Assembly: GCA_029856145.1 (NCBI GenBank)
Contig: JAHQWK010000031.1
Location: 1-64,000, forward strand
From: Promethearchaeia archaeon
GTDB taxonomy: Archaea; Asgardarchaeota; Lokiarchaeia; Sigyniarchaeales; SOKP01
Direction: 5' to 3'
DNA length: 64,000 nt
The translations under genes were made by a program, and so were the position numbers. Numbering within the stretch: position 1 is the first letter of the stretch; every line of letters starts with the position of its first letter. Of the stretch, positions 28,801 through 36,540 are shown in pieces. The notes under the pieces are model-generated. The model had not been told where the DNA came from, searched no databases, and saw only the letters and a list, made by a program, of their open reading frames with translations.

Positions 28801-29247
28801 ATATTTTTGTTGTTCTGACTCTCTTGCAAGCTCATTAATTTTTGATTTTAAATTCTCTAATTGGCTTTCAGTCCAACCGGCATCAGCTAACAAATTAATA
28901 GCAGATAAGTATTGCTGAATAGAATCTTCAAAAAAACCATCAAATTCCAACTTCTTCGCTCCTTCTAGTAAAGTAAAAGCTTGATCTTGTAATTGCTCAA
29001 TTTGTGCTTTAGTTTGAGTTCGCTGATATAATGTTTCTTTTTGAATAAAATCTTTTAATTCGCCAATTCTATCATAAATTTCTTGAATTCGATGCATCAA
29101 AAATCCACTTTGTTTAAGAAAATCAGCTGCTCTTTGATAATTTGAGATTGCTTCTTCTATATTTTTCTCTCCTTCAAATTTTTGAGCAATTTCTAACAAT
29201 TTTAAAGCTTCTTGTGCTAAAGCTTCAGGATTCTGCATTTTTAACAA
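22879..29247 (-). CDS. giant helical repeat protein (18 MIT/TPR-like modules joined by charged helices)
   Basis: 2122 aa. Eighteen copies of AF.LL..A......g.y..Ai..Y..A..il..igW at ~116-aa spacing, separated by E/K/R/Q-rich helices. Confidence 0.85.
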   Translation of the reverse strand: MLKMQNPEALAQEALKLLEIAQKFEGEKNIEEAISNYQRAADFLKQSGFLMHRIQEIYDRIGELKDFIQKETLYQRTQTKAQIEQLQDQAFTLLEGAKKLEFDGFFEDSIQQYLSAINLLADAGWTESQLENLKSKINELARESEQQKYDQQYQRQETELKKEVRQIVPDEKPQVVGMFGQKSSVEKAEILEKFRTKKQHEENIQDEAFAHIDAAKMFEKDRKFDNAIMNYERAVELLNSIGWNVQIQKIQTLIETLKKGKLEFEAHQVEKPLPLTSDIEEQKIILEKEAELKKERLIDFVTKKRHEEDIQLKAFNLIDIGNRLEREKRYDQAIDKLNQAVRLLRSIEWDSYIQPITNLIENVKNKQNREEISNQLKEKRQRDLRTLQDSIYQKQKDQFIESAKELDKKRSDYEEKRRDDVRKEEDLFKILDKADEILKGKNFEEAINIYYKALPILTDLGPSWEPYRSMIQNTISNVEKLKHSQLSKKYEDQKKLEERSREELDFQKQIATQINKERDRLKKKEIVIKDREEEIKLFEHRKNVAFEFLDYAIDFLKKGDYDNTILNYQNAANIFAEIQWAEEVPIIEDSIRDVEELKRKQNILKKKELKDTIERQKKDEEFQKQISKYLQQEREQLKKKKIELMEREKESKYREERRKAGFKLLEESQNNVKEGNFDKAIEILQYAINFFADAQWQNEINLIQNSIVEIENKKKEEDIQNQIKFQAELEREKQEKAFQERITKEMKVQHYKLMKREIVLREKEKELAYRERKKQEAFDLLEMAQDFLFQRKIDDALQIYYNVANMFAQIQWTEEIPIIQEAIHSIEDKKRQDEFNKQKLLQKAIRKEAEDRAFIERIRYQTEREKTELLKEKEVFEKQKQLSAQNLAKQQKAFSLIESGDKLFEEESFNNAIANYNKAIDLLKDIGWEERYLKLLNEIIQTIKIREKEKEKEKQKDFEISLKRQKEEDLFQKKISEYMLKEQKKLQEKKIVIQKREDLVKLMEECKSEAFKIMDDAQTLLIQGEYEKSIENYHKAELILNQINFPTGAIGEMISKIHEKKREEDLNRFKELELKIRREQEEELFQKQILKKIEFEEHKMREKQEKLKKEEELRIIQEQEKEKAFNVLEEAQQQIEQGNYDEAIKLYHKATDIFGVIEWDEEIELIQNSIIAVEDKKREAEIRKQQNLQSSIEKEKQERVFQEKLIREMKSQREELKRKEITLREREKELAYRETRKEEAFNILEKTQNYISLGKLDDAIELYQSVANIFAQIQWTKEIPIINKAIKDIEGKKREKDLIKQKSISEAIEKEKQNYAFMEKIRILRESERIKALEERERFQKKELLTTQNLEKEQEAFKLIDNGYTLLHQKNYDNALQNYQIAMNFLSEIGWTSDYLKLLQDTIKAIEVRKRDIEREKEFEIESLKQREHEEEQFQKKISNYMRREQERLKTKKIEIQKQEKIKQLMETRKTEAFEILSTAENFFNQKQYNRAIEQYRQAELILNEIGFPTSSIREMIHKVQEKIKEELITKQKNLEIQLQQAQEEFNFQQQITKNMKINEIKLKAKQIEIETQKESHAFMEKRKDQAFSLLEEAEIYMKQLQYDKTLEYYHAAELILNEIAFPTDTIRELILKVQEKKRESQLQKQNDLKLRTQKEREEWELQQKMAENLRVEQERLKGKELEIFKMEELKSRLEERKEQAFKILDEAEKFLKEQNYDNAVICYRRAGIILNEMQFPTDSISNMIFKINKLKNQKIELENLEVHKELEKLDEERALSMLIEERKRQEREKKEAQQLALQEREKIIQKQMSVRESAYSLLEEAGKYLRHHIPNYNEAISLYIQARHILAENIGWEPEIRNLDTLIKDLQQEQTNFLEKRRLEEQVRLQRENEYAIFQEEVRRRRLEQERMKREQESQYRDLVIKRQQAEQIRDDGLKLIDEGKKWAAYHDFDKSYEIFNSAITKFKEIGWDEEIKYIETEIKNTKRLEERVIKEEVRIKGIQEQLEEQRSLELKRREKEGAELKETLGEVGELADNIISLIEESRKEQKLAESEQKIKVKAKARDFRKEMTNLIKIKQELMDEIAKKEDGKRDFQEKLEEAKEREKVDSLKKMIKEATEKKKK

Positions 29248-29443
29248 ACCCGTTAAGTATGATTTTGAATTATAAATAACATATATTTTTCTTACTTTAA
29301 TTTAACCACACTAAGTAATTAAATTTTTTATATTATGATAATTATTTTAACTAAATTATTGAAAAGGATTAATAATTTTTAATTTACATGAATATTGAAT
29401 CCAAATTTTTAAAATAAAGATTATTCATTAATGAAACTAAGAT

Positions 29444-31399
29444 ATGGAAATAAAAGAAAAAAGTATACTTATAGATTTTGAACCAATTTCAAGAAGGTTG
29501 TATGTTTCAAAAGAGAGCTCTATCTATGAATTATTAAATGAAATCAATATACCAATTAGATCTGTCTGTGGAGGATTAGGAAAATGTGGAAAATGCAAAA
29601 TTTTAGTTCAGAAAGGCCATGAATATCTGATTGGTCCAACTAGTAACGAACAAAATTTAATAAATGAAACAGAAATTGAAAATGGATGGCGTTTGGCTTG
29701 TGAAACGAAAATTAAAATAAGTATTAAACCACAATTAACCAAGGCTCAAACACCTCAGATCAGAATTTTTTTACCTAGTCAACTATTACTTGAAGATTTT
29801 AAGATTCTTACTTCAGGTATTAGTAAAAGTATAAAATTACAACCAACTATCGAAAAAATTTTCTTAAATGTAAAAAAACCATCATTAGAAGAACCTAATG
29901 CAGATTTTGAAAGAATAGAAAAAGAAATTATCCCTAAAATAAAAAATTTTAAGAAAAATAACAAGATTAGTATTGATTTTAATATTTTGAATGATATCCC
30001 GAATATCCTAAGAAAAAACCATCATAAAATCACATCAGTTTTATGGAATAACAGTAATATTATTGCTTGTGAGCCTGGTAATACGATTGAAAGCAACTTT
30101 GGTATTGCTTTTGATATTGGTACAACCACAATAGTAGGTTATTTATTAAATTTGAATAACAGTAAAATTTATGCTGTGGATTCAAAATTGAATAGCCAAA
30201 CCGCTTATGGGGAGGATTTGATAACAAGGTTAACATATATAAAAGAAAATAAAGAGAATCTTAACAAATTAAATTCTGCAGTAATAAATGATTTGAATGA
30301 GATTATTTCAAACCTATGTCGCAAGGCAAATATCAAACCTTCTCATGTTTATGAGGCCACAGTTGTAGGAAATTCTGTTATGCATCACATATTTTTAGGT
30401 TTAGATCCCGTTAACATTGGATTAAGTCCCTTTATTCCAGTTATTCAAAAAGATTTAAATGTTAAGGCAGAGAAGTTAAGACTTAAAATCTCCAAAAATG
30501 GAAATGTTTATACCGCGCCTATTATTGCGGGATTTGTTGGGGCTGATACTATTGGTGTAATACTCTCTTCACAAATTTATAATGAAAGACCACTTACTTT
30601 AACAATAGATATTGGTACTAATGGTGAAATAATTATTGGCAACCGAAACGGTCTATTTGTTGGTTCCTGTGCAGCAGGATCTGCTTTAGAAGGTGCACAT
30701 ATTGACGATGGAATGAGAGCTGCTGCGGGGGCTATAGATACTATTAAGATTGACACACAGAATTTAGATGTTTCTTATACAACAATTAAAAATAAGAAAC
30801 CAATGGGTATTTGTGGATCTGGATTAGTTGATGGTATAGCTGAGATGTTAAAATCGAAAATTATTACAAGAAGTGGCAATTTCAATCGAGAACTTATTGA
30901 TCAAGAAAGATTTATCAAAAAAGATAAAGAAATAAAATTTATTATTGTTGGTAAAGAAGAAACATCTATAGGTAAAGAAATTTCAATTAGTCAGAGTGAT
31001 GTACGCCAAATTCAAATGGCAAAAGCAGCTTTCTATTCTGGAATGCGAATTATTTTAAGTCATCTAAGAAAAAGTCTAAATATTGAGCAAATTTTCCTAG
31101 CAGGAGCTTTTGGGAATTATATCAATGCCCATAATGCAAAATTCATAGGCATGATCCCCGATATTCATGATAATAAAATTTTTCAAATAGGAAATGCTGC
31201 TGGAATTGGAGCACAACACTGTTTATTAAATAAAAATTTAAGAAATAAAGCACAAAGTCTTTTAAGCAAAATTAAATATGTCGAAATTGCCGTAGAAAAA
31301 AATTTTCAAAAAGAATACGTTGAAGCAATGTATTTTCCTCATTTAAACCTTGATTTTTTTCCAAATTTGCTTGAATATAGGGATATCCCTAAAAGATAA
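29444..31399 (+). CDS. ASKHA-domain reductive activator of corrinoid proteins (RACE/RACo type) with N-terminal [2Fe-2S]
   Basis: CGGLGKCGKC...RLAC, DIGTTT, DIGTNGE, GICGSG, LAGAFG and GNAA motifs. Confidence 0.93.
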   Translation: MEIKEKSILIDFEPISRRLYVSKESSIYELLNEINIPIRSVCGGLGKCGKCKILVQKGHEYLIGPTSNEQNLINETEIENGWRLACETKIKISIKPQLTKAQTPQIRIFLPSQLLLEDFKILTSGISKSIKLQPTIEKIFLNVKKPSLEEPNADFERIEKEIIPKIKNFKKNNKISIDFNILNDIPNILRKNHHKITSVLWNNSNIIACEPGNTIESNFGIAFDIGTTTIVGYLLNLNNSKIYAVDSKLNSQTAYGEDLITRLTYIKENKENLNKLNSAVINDLNEIISNLCRKANIKPSHVYEATVVGNSVMHHIFLGLDPVNIGLSPFIPVIQKDLNVKAEKLRLKISKNGNVYTAPIIAGFVGADTIGVILSSQIYNERPLTLTIDIGTNGEIIIGNRNGLFVGSCAAGSALEGAHIDDGMRAAAGAIDTIKIDTQNLDVSYTTIKNKKPMGICGSGLVDGIAEMLKSKIITRSGNFNRELIDQERFIKKDKEIKFIIVGKEETSIGKEISISQSDVRQIQMAKAAFYSGMRIILSHLRKSLNIEQIFLAGAFGNYINAHNAKFIGMIPDIHDNKIFQIGNAAGIGAQHCLLNKNLRNKAQSLLSKIKYVEIAVEKNFQKEYVEAMYFPHLNLDFFPNLLEYRDIPKR

Positions 31400-31628
31400 A
31401 AAAAAGAGTTTCAGATTTTACTTACTTGTTTCTATTTGTTTTTAATTAATTCAAAATCAATAGAAATGAATAAAAATTAATTTAAGGTTATGTAAAAATA
31501 TTTAAATTTAGAATTTATTTTATCTTTAATTTAGTCCATATTAAAAAATTAAATAAATTCTTAAATACCATTTATAATATTAATTTATATACACAACTTA
31601 AAAAATAGAACGACATGAGTGAAGCTTT

Positions 31629-32153
31629 ATGTCAAGTTTTAAACTAAAAGTATTATTAACTGGGGCAGCTGCTGTAGGAAAAACTAGCCTTGTTCAACGT
31701 TTTATCAAGAATAGATTCCAATCTAACTATAAATTAACTGTTGGTGTTGATATTTTAACTAAAGATGTTGAATTTAGGCAAGGAGAAATTGCTACATTGA
31801 GTATTTGGGATATTGGAGGTCAACAGCGTTTTGAGTTTATAAGATCAACATTTTACAAAGGTGCTGCGGGAACATTATTAGTATTCGATTTAACAAGAGA
31901 AAATACATATACAGAAATCCGAAAGTGGCTTACGGAGATAAAACAATTTGCAGGTGAAAATATTCCCTTCGTGTTAATTGGAAATAAAGTAGATTTAATG
32001 GAAGATGTGGGGGTAGTTATAGATCGGGATGAAGCTCGCTCTTTTGCAGAAAATGAGGGAAGTATTTACATTGAAACTTCTGCTAAGACGGGTATTAACG
32101 TTGATGAAGCTTTTACTGAACTCACCCGTCGAATTATTGATTCAAGAACTTAA
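31629..32153 (+). CDS. Rab-like small GTPase
   Basis: GAAAVGKT, TVGVD, WDIGGQ, NKVD and ETSAK motifs; no C-terminal prenylation Cys. Confidence 0.95.
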   Translation: MSSFKLKVLLTGAAAVGKTSLVQRFIKNRFQSNYKLTVGVDILTKDVEFRQGEIATLSIWDIGGQQRFEFIRSTFYKGAAGTLLVFDLTRENTYTEIRKWLTEIKQFAGENIPFVLIGNKVDLMEDVGVVIDRDEARSFAENEGSIYIETSAKTGINVDEAFTELTRRIIDSRT

Positions 32154-32298
32154 ATTCTGAAATTAAATTTAAATATCTAAGTTCACCGCTTTCTTTTAAA
32201 ATATTTGGTACTCTAAATATTAATTATATTTCATTAGATTAATTTTATTCATTTCAATTTGTTAAATAAAACTAAAATCTAATTATAAATTTATAATT

Positions 32299-33174
32299 AT
32301 GATGATTGATCTTCATTTACATTCAACAGTATCAGATGGTTCAGATACCCCTTCCCAGTTAATACATCAAGCTATGAATCTAAAATTAAAAGCGATTGCT
32401 ATAACCGATCATGATACGATAGCTGGTGTAGAAGAATTCTTGTCCATCGGAGAATTAAAAGAAATTATTGCAATTCCGGGAATAGAGATTTCAATTAGAC
32501 ATGAACCAAAAAGAGAATTAATAGATATTCACATTATTGGTCTAAATATCGATCATACCTCCACCAAACTGATTAATACGATTAACGATCAAATTGAAGG
32601 AAGACTAGAACAAAAAAAAGCTATTTGTAAACGTTTAAGAGAGGAATTTGGATATGATATCTCATTCGAAGAAGTAAAAGCAGTAGCTGGAAGCCTGGTT
32701 GTAGGGCGACCTCATATTGTTGAGATTATGAAAAAAAATAATCCTAAGAAAGTTCAAGGAAAATCTAAGAATGAATTATTCAAAATGATCAGTGTTGGCG
32801 GTACTGCATATGTGGATAGAGAAGTGGAGTTAAACCTTGAAGAATCAATTGAATTAATTAAATCCGTTGGAGGGATCCCCATTTTAGCACATCCAGGAAT
32901 TTATAATGTTTCTGATCATAAAAAATTTATAGAAATGTGTATTAAAGCTGGAATTAAAGGCATTGAAGTAGAATATACATATGCGAAAAATAGACCATAC
33001 TTTGGAACAGATAAATCCAAATGGGCTCAAAATTATTTTCCTGATTATTTCCGAAAGATTGCGAAAGAATATAATCTTATCAAATCAGGAGGATCAGATT
33101 ATCATGGAAAGAAAAAAAATATTATAATGGGAGAAGCCAATGTCCCAAATAAGTATTTAAAAAGCTTTATTTAA
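32299..33174 (+). CDS. PHP-domain phosphoesterase (TrpH/YciV-like)
   Basis: DLHLHSTVSDG, TDHD, GRPH, LAHP and GGSDYHG motifs. Confidence 0.93.
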   Translation: MMIDLHLHSTVSDGSDTPSQLIHQAMNLKLKAIAITDHDTIAGVEEFLSIGELKEIIAIPGIEISIRHEPKRELIDIHIIGLNIDHTSTKLINTINDQIEGRLEQKKAICKRLREEFGYDISFEEVKAVAGSLVVGRPHIVEIMKKNNPKKVQGKSKNELFKMISVGGTAYVDREVELNLEESIELIKSVGGIPILAHPGIYNVSDHKKFIEMCIKAGIKGIEVEYTYAKNRPYFGTDKSKWAQNYFPDYFRKIAKEYNLIKSGGSDYHGKKKNIIMGEANVPNKYLKSFI

Positions 33175-33204
33175 TTTTATGTTATTTTCAATATAATAGA
33201 TCTC

Positions 33205-35100
33205 TCATTCATCAAGCATGTTATCAATTTCTTGAATTTGCTCATCGATTTTATCCATCATTATTTTTACTTTATCCTTTTTATCTTTGAGTTCTTCTGA
33301 TGTTATTTCGCCTTTAAGTTCTTGCAAATCAAAATCCAATGTCATTTTAGTCAAATGCGTTTTCTTAATCTTTAGATCTATTAGAGATTGTTTCAATCTT
33401 TCTTTTTGTTGGGGAGTTATTATTGAAGGTTTTTTTTGTATCTCACTAGATAATGGCTCTTTTTTTATTTCACTAGATGATACTTCCTTTTGTATTTCGC
33501 TGGTTCTTGGAGTTATATTCTGTAATATTGGTTTTGATGTGGCTTTAGGGGCAATTGTACTTTTTGGTTGACTTGGAGGACTTGATTTTGCTTTTTCGTC
33601 CATTAATTTTAATGGTGAAACAGGTACAGGCGCTTTAGATTCTTCTCTTTTATTAAATTGACTATCTGAAGTCATTTTTAATTTAGATTTTGCATCCTCA
33701 GGAACAAATCTTACAGTTTTTGGCCTAGCCCTTACCATAAAATCTTCTGGGTTTAATTTTAAACGGAGAGATTCTTGCTTAATTTCAGATTCTATAGCGG
33801 GAGCTATCTCTTTAACATTTGTTTGTGTTTCCTGCAACTCTATGCTTGAACTTAAGATTATGGGAGGTTGCTCAACTTTAGGTGTTTCAATTGGTTTTGA
33901 TGGTGGTTGTTCAGGAGGTAATTTTGGAGGAAGTGGAGTTGTTTGGATGGTTTTTTCTTGAACTGAAGCTTGCTCTATTTTTTCCGGTGCTGTATATGTT
34001 TCAGGAGATTTCTGTTCTTCAGTTTCTATAGGAGTCGCTGGCACGGGTGGTGGAGCACCTACTTTTTTGAGCATATCTTTTATTTTTTGTGATTTTTCAA
34101 AAAATTCTCTGCCTAATGAATCATCTCCTAATTCTATACATAAATCACTTATTTTATCAAATAAAAAAGCTGCTTTATTAAAATCAGCATTTTTCAAGGC
34201 TCTCACTGCTTCTTCAGTAAATTTATCCCTTTCAAGTAACGGTTTTAAAAGAGGAGAGACTTCTGCACTCATTTCTAAAACGTCAGCTATTATTTGAATC
34301 ATTTTATCGCGATTATTAGGATCCAATGCAATCATGGAATAAGTTTTTAACCCTAGAATATTTTCAATTTGAACAGGGGTCATTGCTACTTTTAAGTCTT
34401 GTTTATTGCCTATTACAGCAGATTGAGCATTAGGTGCTTGTTCTTTAATTAATTCTAAGAAATATTTGCTTTTTTCAACATTTTCTAATGTAGAATTAGT
34501 AATTAGAAGTACTGCATCACTTCCCTTTATAAAATTATTCCATAAATAACTAAACTGCTCTTGACCCGCGAAATCCCATAGGTGAAAATGTAATTTTCCA
34601 ATTTTTATCGTTGCTATGTCTCCTGTAATTGTAGGTATATGTTGCATAGGAATTTCGTCTGCTTTGATTAATCTAGTAATTGTAGTTTTACCAACACCAG
34701 AAAATCCAATTAATGATATTTTTGGACGCAAATTTCTATGGATAGAATCTATAGTTGGATCAAATACTTCAAAAGTCTTGGCATCAAAACGATGTTGCAA
34801 AATATCTTCAAATAAGTTTAGGAACTCATTTTTACATTTAACTAGTTCCTTTTTTATATTTTCAAATTTATCTGTTAAGCTTGTAACAAATAAAAATATG
34901 AGATTTGCCTCTTTTTCTGTTATGAAAGAAACTCGAAATTTATAATAATCATGATAATCTATTTTGGATTCACTTCTTATCAATGCCTCATCAATGATAT
35001 CTTCAACTAAAAGATTTAAAGCCTCTTGTTTCATAGCTTTTCCAAAATGCCTATAATATAGAAGTTCATTTCCTCTGTACACAAACACTTGTCTTAGAAT
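33205..35100 (-). CDS. longin-domain + small GTPase fusion with helical, Pro-rich and coiled-coil tail
   Basis: N-terminal longin-like (I)LRQVFVY...LLYYRHF. G motifs GFSGVGKT, WDFAGQ and NKQD. The ORF track starts at 35088; ATT at 35100 is proposed as the start. Confidence 0.88.
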   Translation of the reverse strand: MLRQVFVYRGNELLYYRHFGKAMKQEALNLLVEDIIDEALIRSESKIDYHDYYKFRVSFITEKEANLIFLFVTSLTDKFENIKKELVKCKNEFLNLFEDILQHRFDAKTFEVFDPTIDSIHRNLRPKISLIGFSGVGKTTITRLIKADEIPMQHIPTITGDIATIKIGKLHFHLWDFAGQEQFSYLWNNFIKGSDAVLLITNSTLENVEKSKYFLELIKEQAPNAQSAVIGNKQDLKVAMTPVQIENILGLKTYSMIALDPNNRDKMIQIIADVLEMSAEVSPLLKPLLERDKFTEEAVRALKNADFNKAAFLFDKISDLCIELGDDSLGREFFEKSQKIKDMLKKVGAPPPVPATPIETEEQKSPETYTAPEKIEQASVQEKTIQTTPLPPKLPPEQPPSKPIETPKVEQPPIILSSSIELQETQTNVKEIAPAIESEIKQESLRLKLNPEDFMVRARPKTVRFVPEDAKSKLKMTSDSQFNKREESKAPVPVSPLKLMDEKAKSSPPSQPKSTIAPKATSKPILQNITPRTSEIQKEVSSSEIKKEPLSSEIQKKPSIITPQQKERLKQSLIDLKIKKTHLTKMTLDFDLQELKGEITSEELKDKKDKVKIMMDKIDEQIQEIDNMLDE

Positions 35101-35141
35101 AATCTTTCACCAGAACAATCAGAAAAAACTTTTCTTAAAAA

Positions 35142-35633
35142 TTAATTTGAAATATGTTTAACTAAATCTTTAATAATCGAGTATTTATCTTTTCTAATTT
35201 TTTCTCCTTCTAAAGATTCTTCAATTTTTGAAATTTCTTTTGAAAAATCAAACATAGAAAATTTTTTAATCTCCTCTTCTGTTATACTTACACTTAGTTT
35301 CTTTAAAAATACACTAATACTAGGCATAAATTTTGCCAAATTTACAGTTAAATCTAATTTGGAGATCAATATTAGTTGCTCACTAAAAGTAAATATATAA
35401 TTATATTTTTGTGCTTCTAATGCAAAAGAATTTATCTTTTTCAAATTTAATTCATTGGCAATTTCTTTAGAATTAGCAATCAAAGATAATATTGCCTGAT
35501 GAATAACTTTTCCTTTAGCAAATTCCTTTATTAATGAACCTAGTATAATTCCATATTTATTTGCTATAGCACATTCAGCGTTTAAGTCAGACTTTAACTG
35601 TGAGATAATTTCCTCGTAATTAATTTCCTTCAT
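35142..35633 (-). CDS. roadblock/LC7-like protein
   Basis: CAIANKYGIILGS beta-hairpin and roadblock-type helix/strand order; directly upstream of the longin-GTPase. Confidence 0.65.
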   Translation of the reverse strand: MKEINYEEIISQLKSDLNAECAIANKYGIILGSLIKEFAKGKVIHQAILSLIANSKEIANELNLKKINSFALEAQKYNYIFTFSEQLILISKLDLTVNLAKFMPSISVFLKKLSVSITEEEIKKFSMFDFSKEISKIEESLEGEKIRKDKYSIIKDLVKHISN

Positions 35634-35742
35634 CTTTAAGAGATATTGGTTTTAAATAAATAATGAAAATCTATTTATTTATATTTGTTTAGTTATTAGA
35701 CTCATTATACTAGTAATATTTTAATATTATTAAGAAATTGAT

Positions 35743-36540
35743 TTGAAAACTTACAGAACACATTTTTCAGAAAAAGAATCTGATATTTCTATTATATCTG
35801 ATTCAAAAAGAGCAATTTTAAAGGCAAAAGAGAGCTTTTATTTCCATCGAAGGAACTTAGAGAGATATATAGCAAAAGATAAAGATTTCCTTAATTCATT
35901 TTCTCCAATAAGAGTAAAAACAGAATTTCAAATCATTAATATTATGGCAGAAGTAGCAGAGATATGTGATGTTGGACCAATGGCTTCTGTAGCAGGAACA
36001 TTAGCAGATTTAATGTTAAATTCAATGAAAATTCAAAATACTGGCAAAAAATTTGATATTTCTCCATGCAAAATTGCTTTAGTCGAAAATGGAGGTGAAA
36101 TATCAATAGATACTGAAGAACCAATAACAGTTGCATTATATGCCGGAGAAAATGAATTAAACTTAAACATTGGTTTTTTAATAAGAAAAGAAGATTGTCC
36201 AATAGGGATAGGAACAAGTTCGGCAACTATAGGTCATGCAATTAGTTTAGGACAAGCTGATACGGCAACTATTTTTGCAAAAAATGCGGCGTTAGCAGAT
36301 GCAGCAGCTACTAAAATAGGTAATTTAGTTAAAGGAAAAGATGTGGAAAAATCTATAAATATAGGTTTAGATGCTATAGATAATATTGATGGTGTTATAG
36401 GCGCATTTATATCTAGAGAAAATAAAGTAGGTAAGACGGGAAAATTACCTAAATTAATTAAGATTGAAGGAAGTAAGTATCACATTTTAAAGAGGACAAA
36501 AGATTTTTCATTTGTTGGTGTAAATGAAATATTTAAATAA
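35743..36540 (+). CDS. UPF0280 / ApbE-like protein
   Basis: VGPMASVAG, VENGGEI, TSSATIGHAISLG and ADAAAT motifs. Confidence 0.9.
   Translation: MKTYRTHFSEKESDISIISDSKRAILKAKESFYFHRRNLERYIAKDKDFLNSFSPIRVKTEFQIINIMAEVAEICDVGPMASVAGTLADLMLNSMKIQNTGKKFDISPCKIALVENGGEISIDTEEPITVALYAGENELNLNIGFLIRKEDCPIGIGTSSATIGHAISLGQADTATIFAKNAALADAAATKIGNLVKGKDVEKSINIGLDAIDNIDGVIGAFISRENKVGKTGKLPKLIKIEGSKYHILKRTKDFSFVGVNEIFK

Noticed and set aside
22879-29247. SMC/myosin-like motor or phage tape-measure protein
   Set aside because: No Walker motifs, hinge or TM segments, and no phage structural genes nearby.
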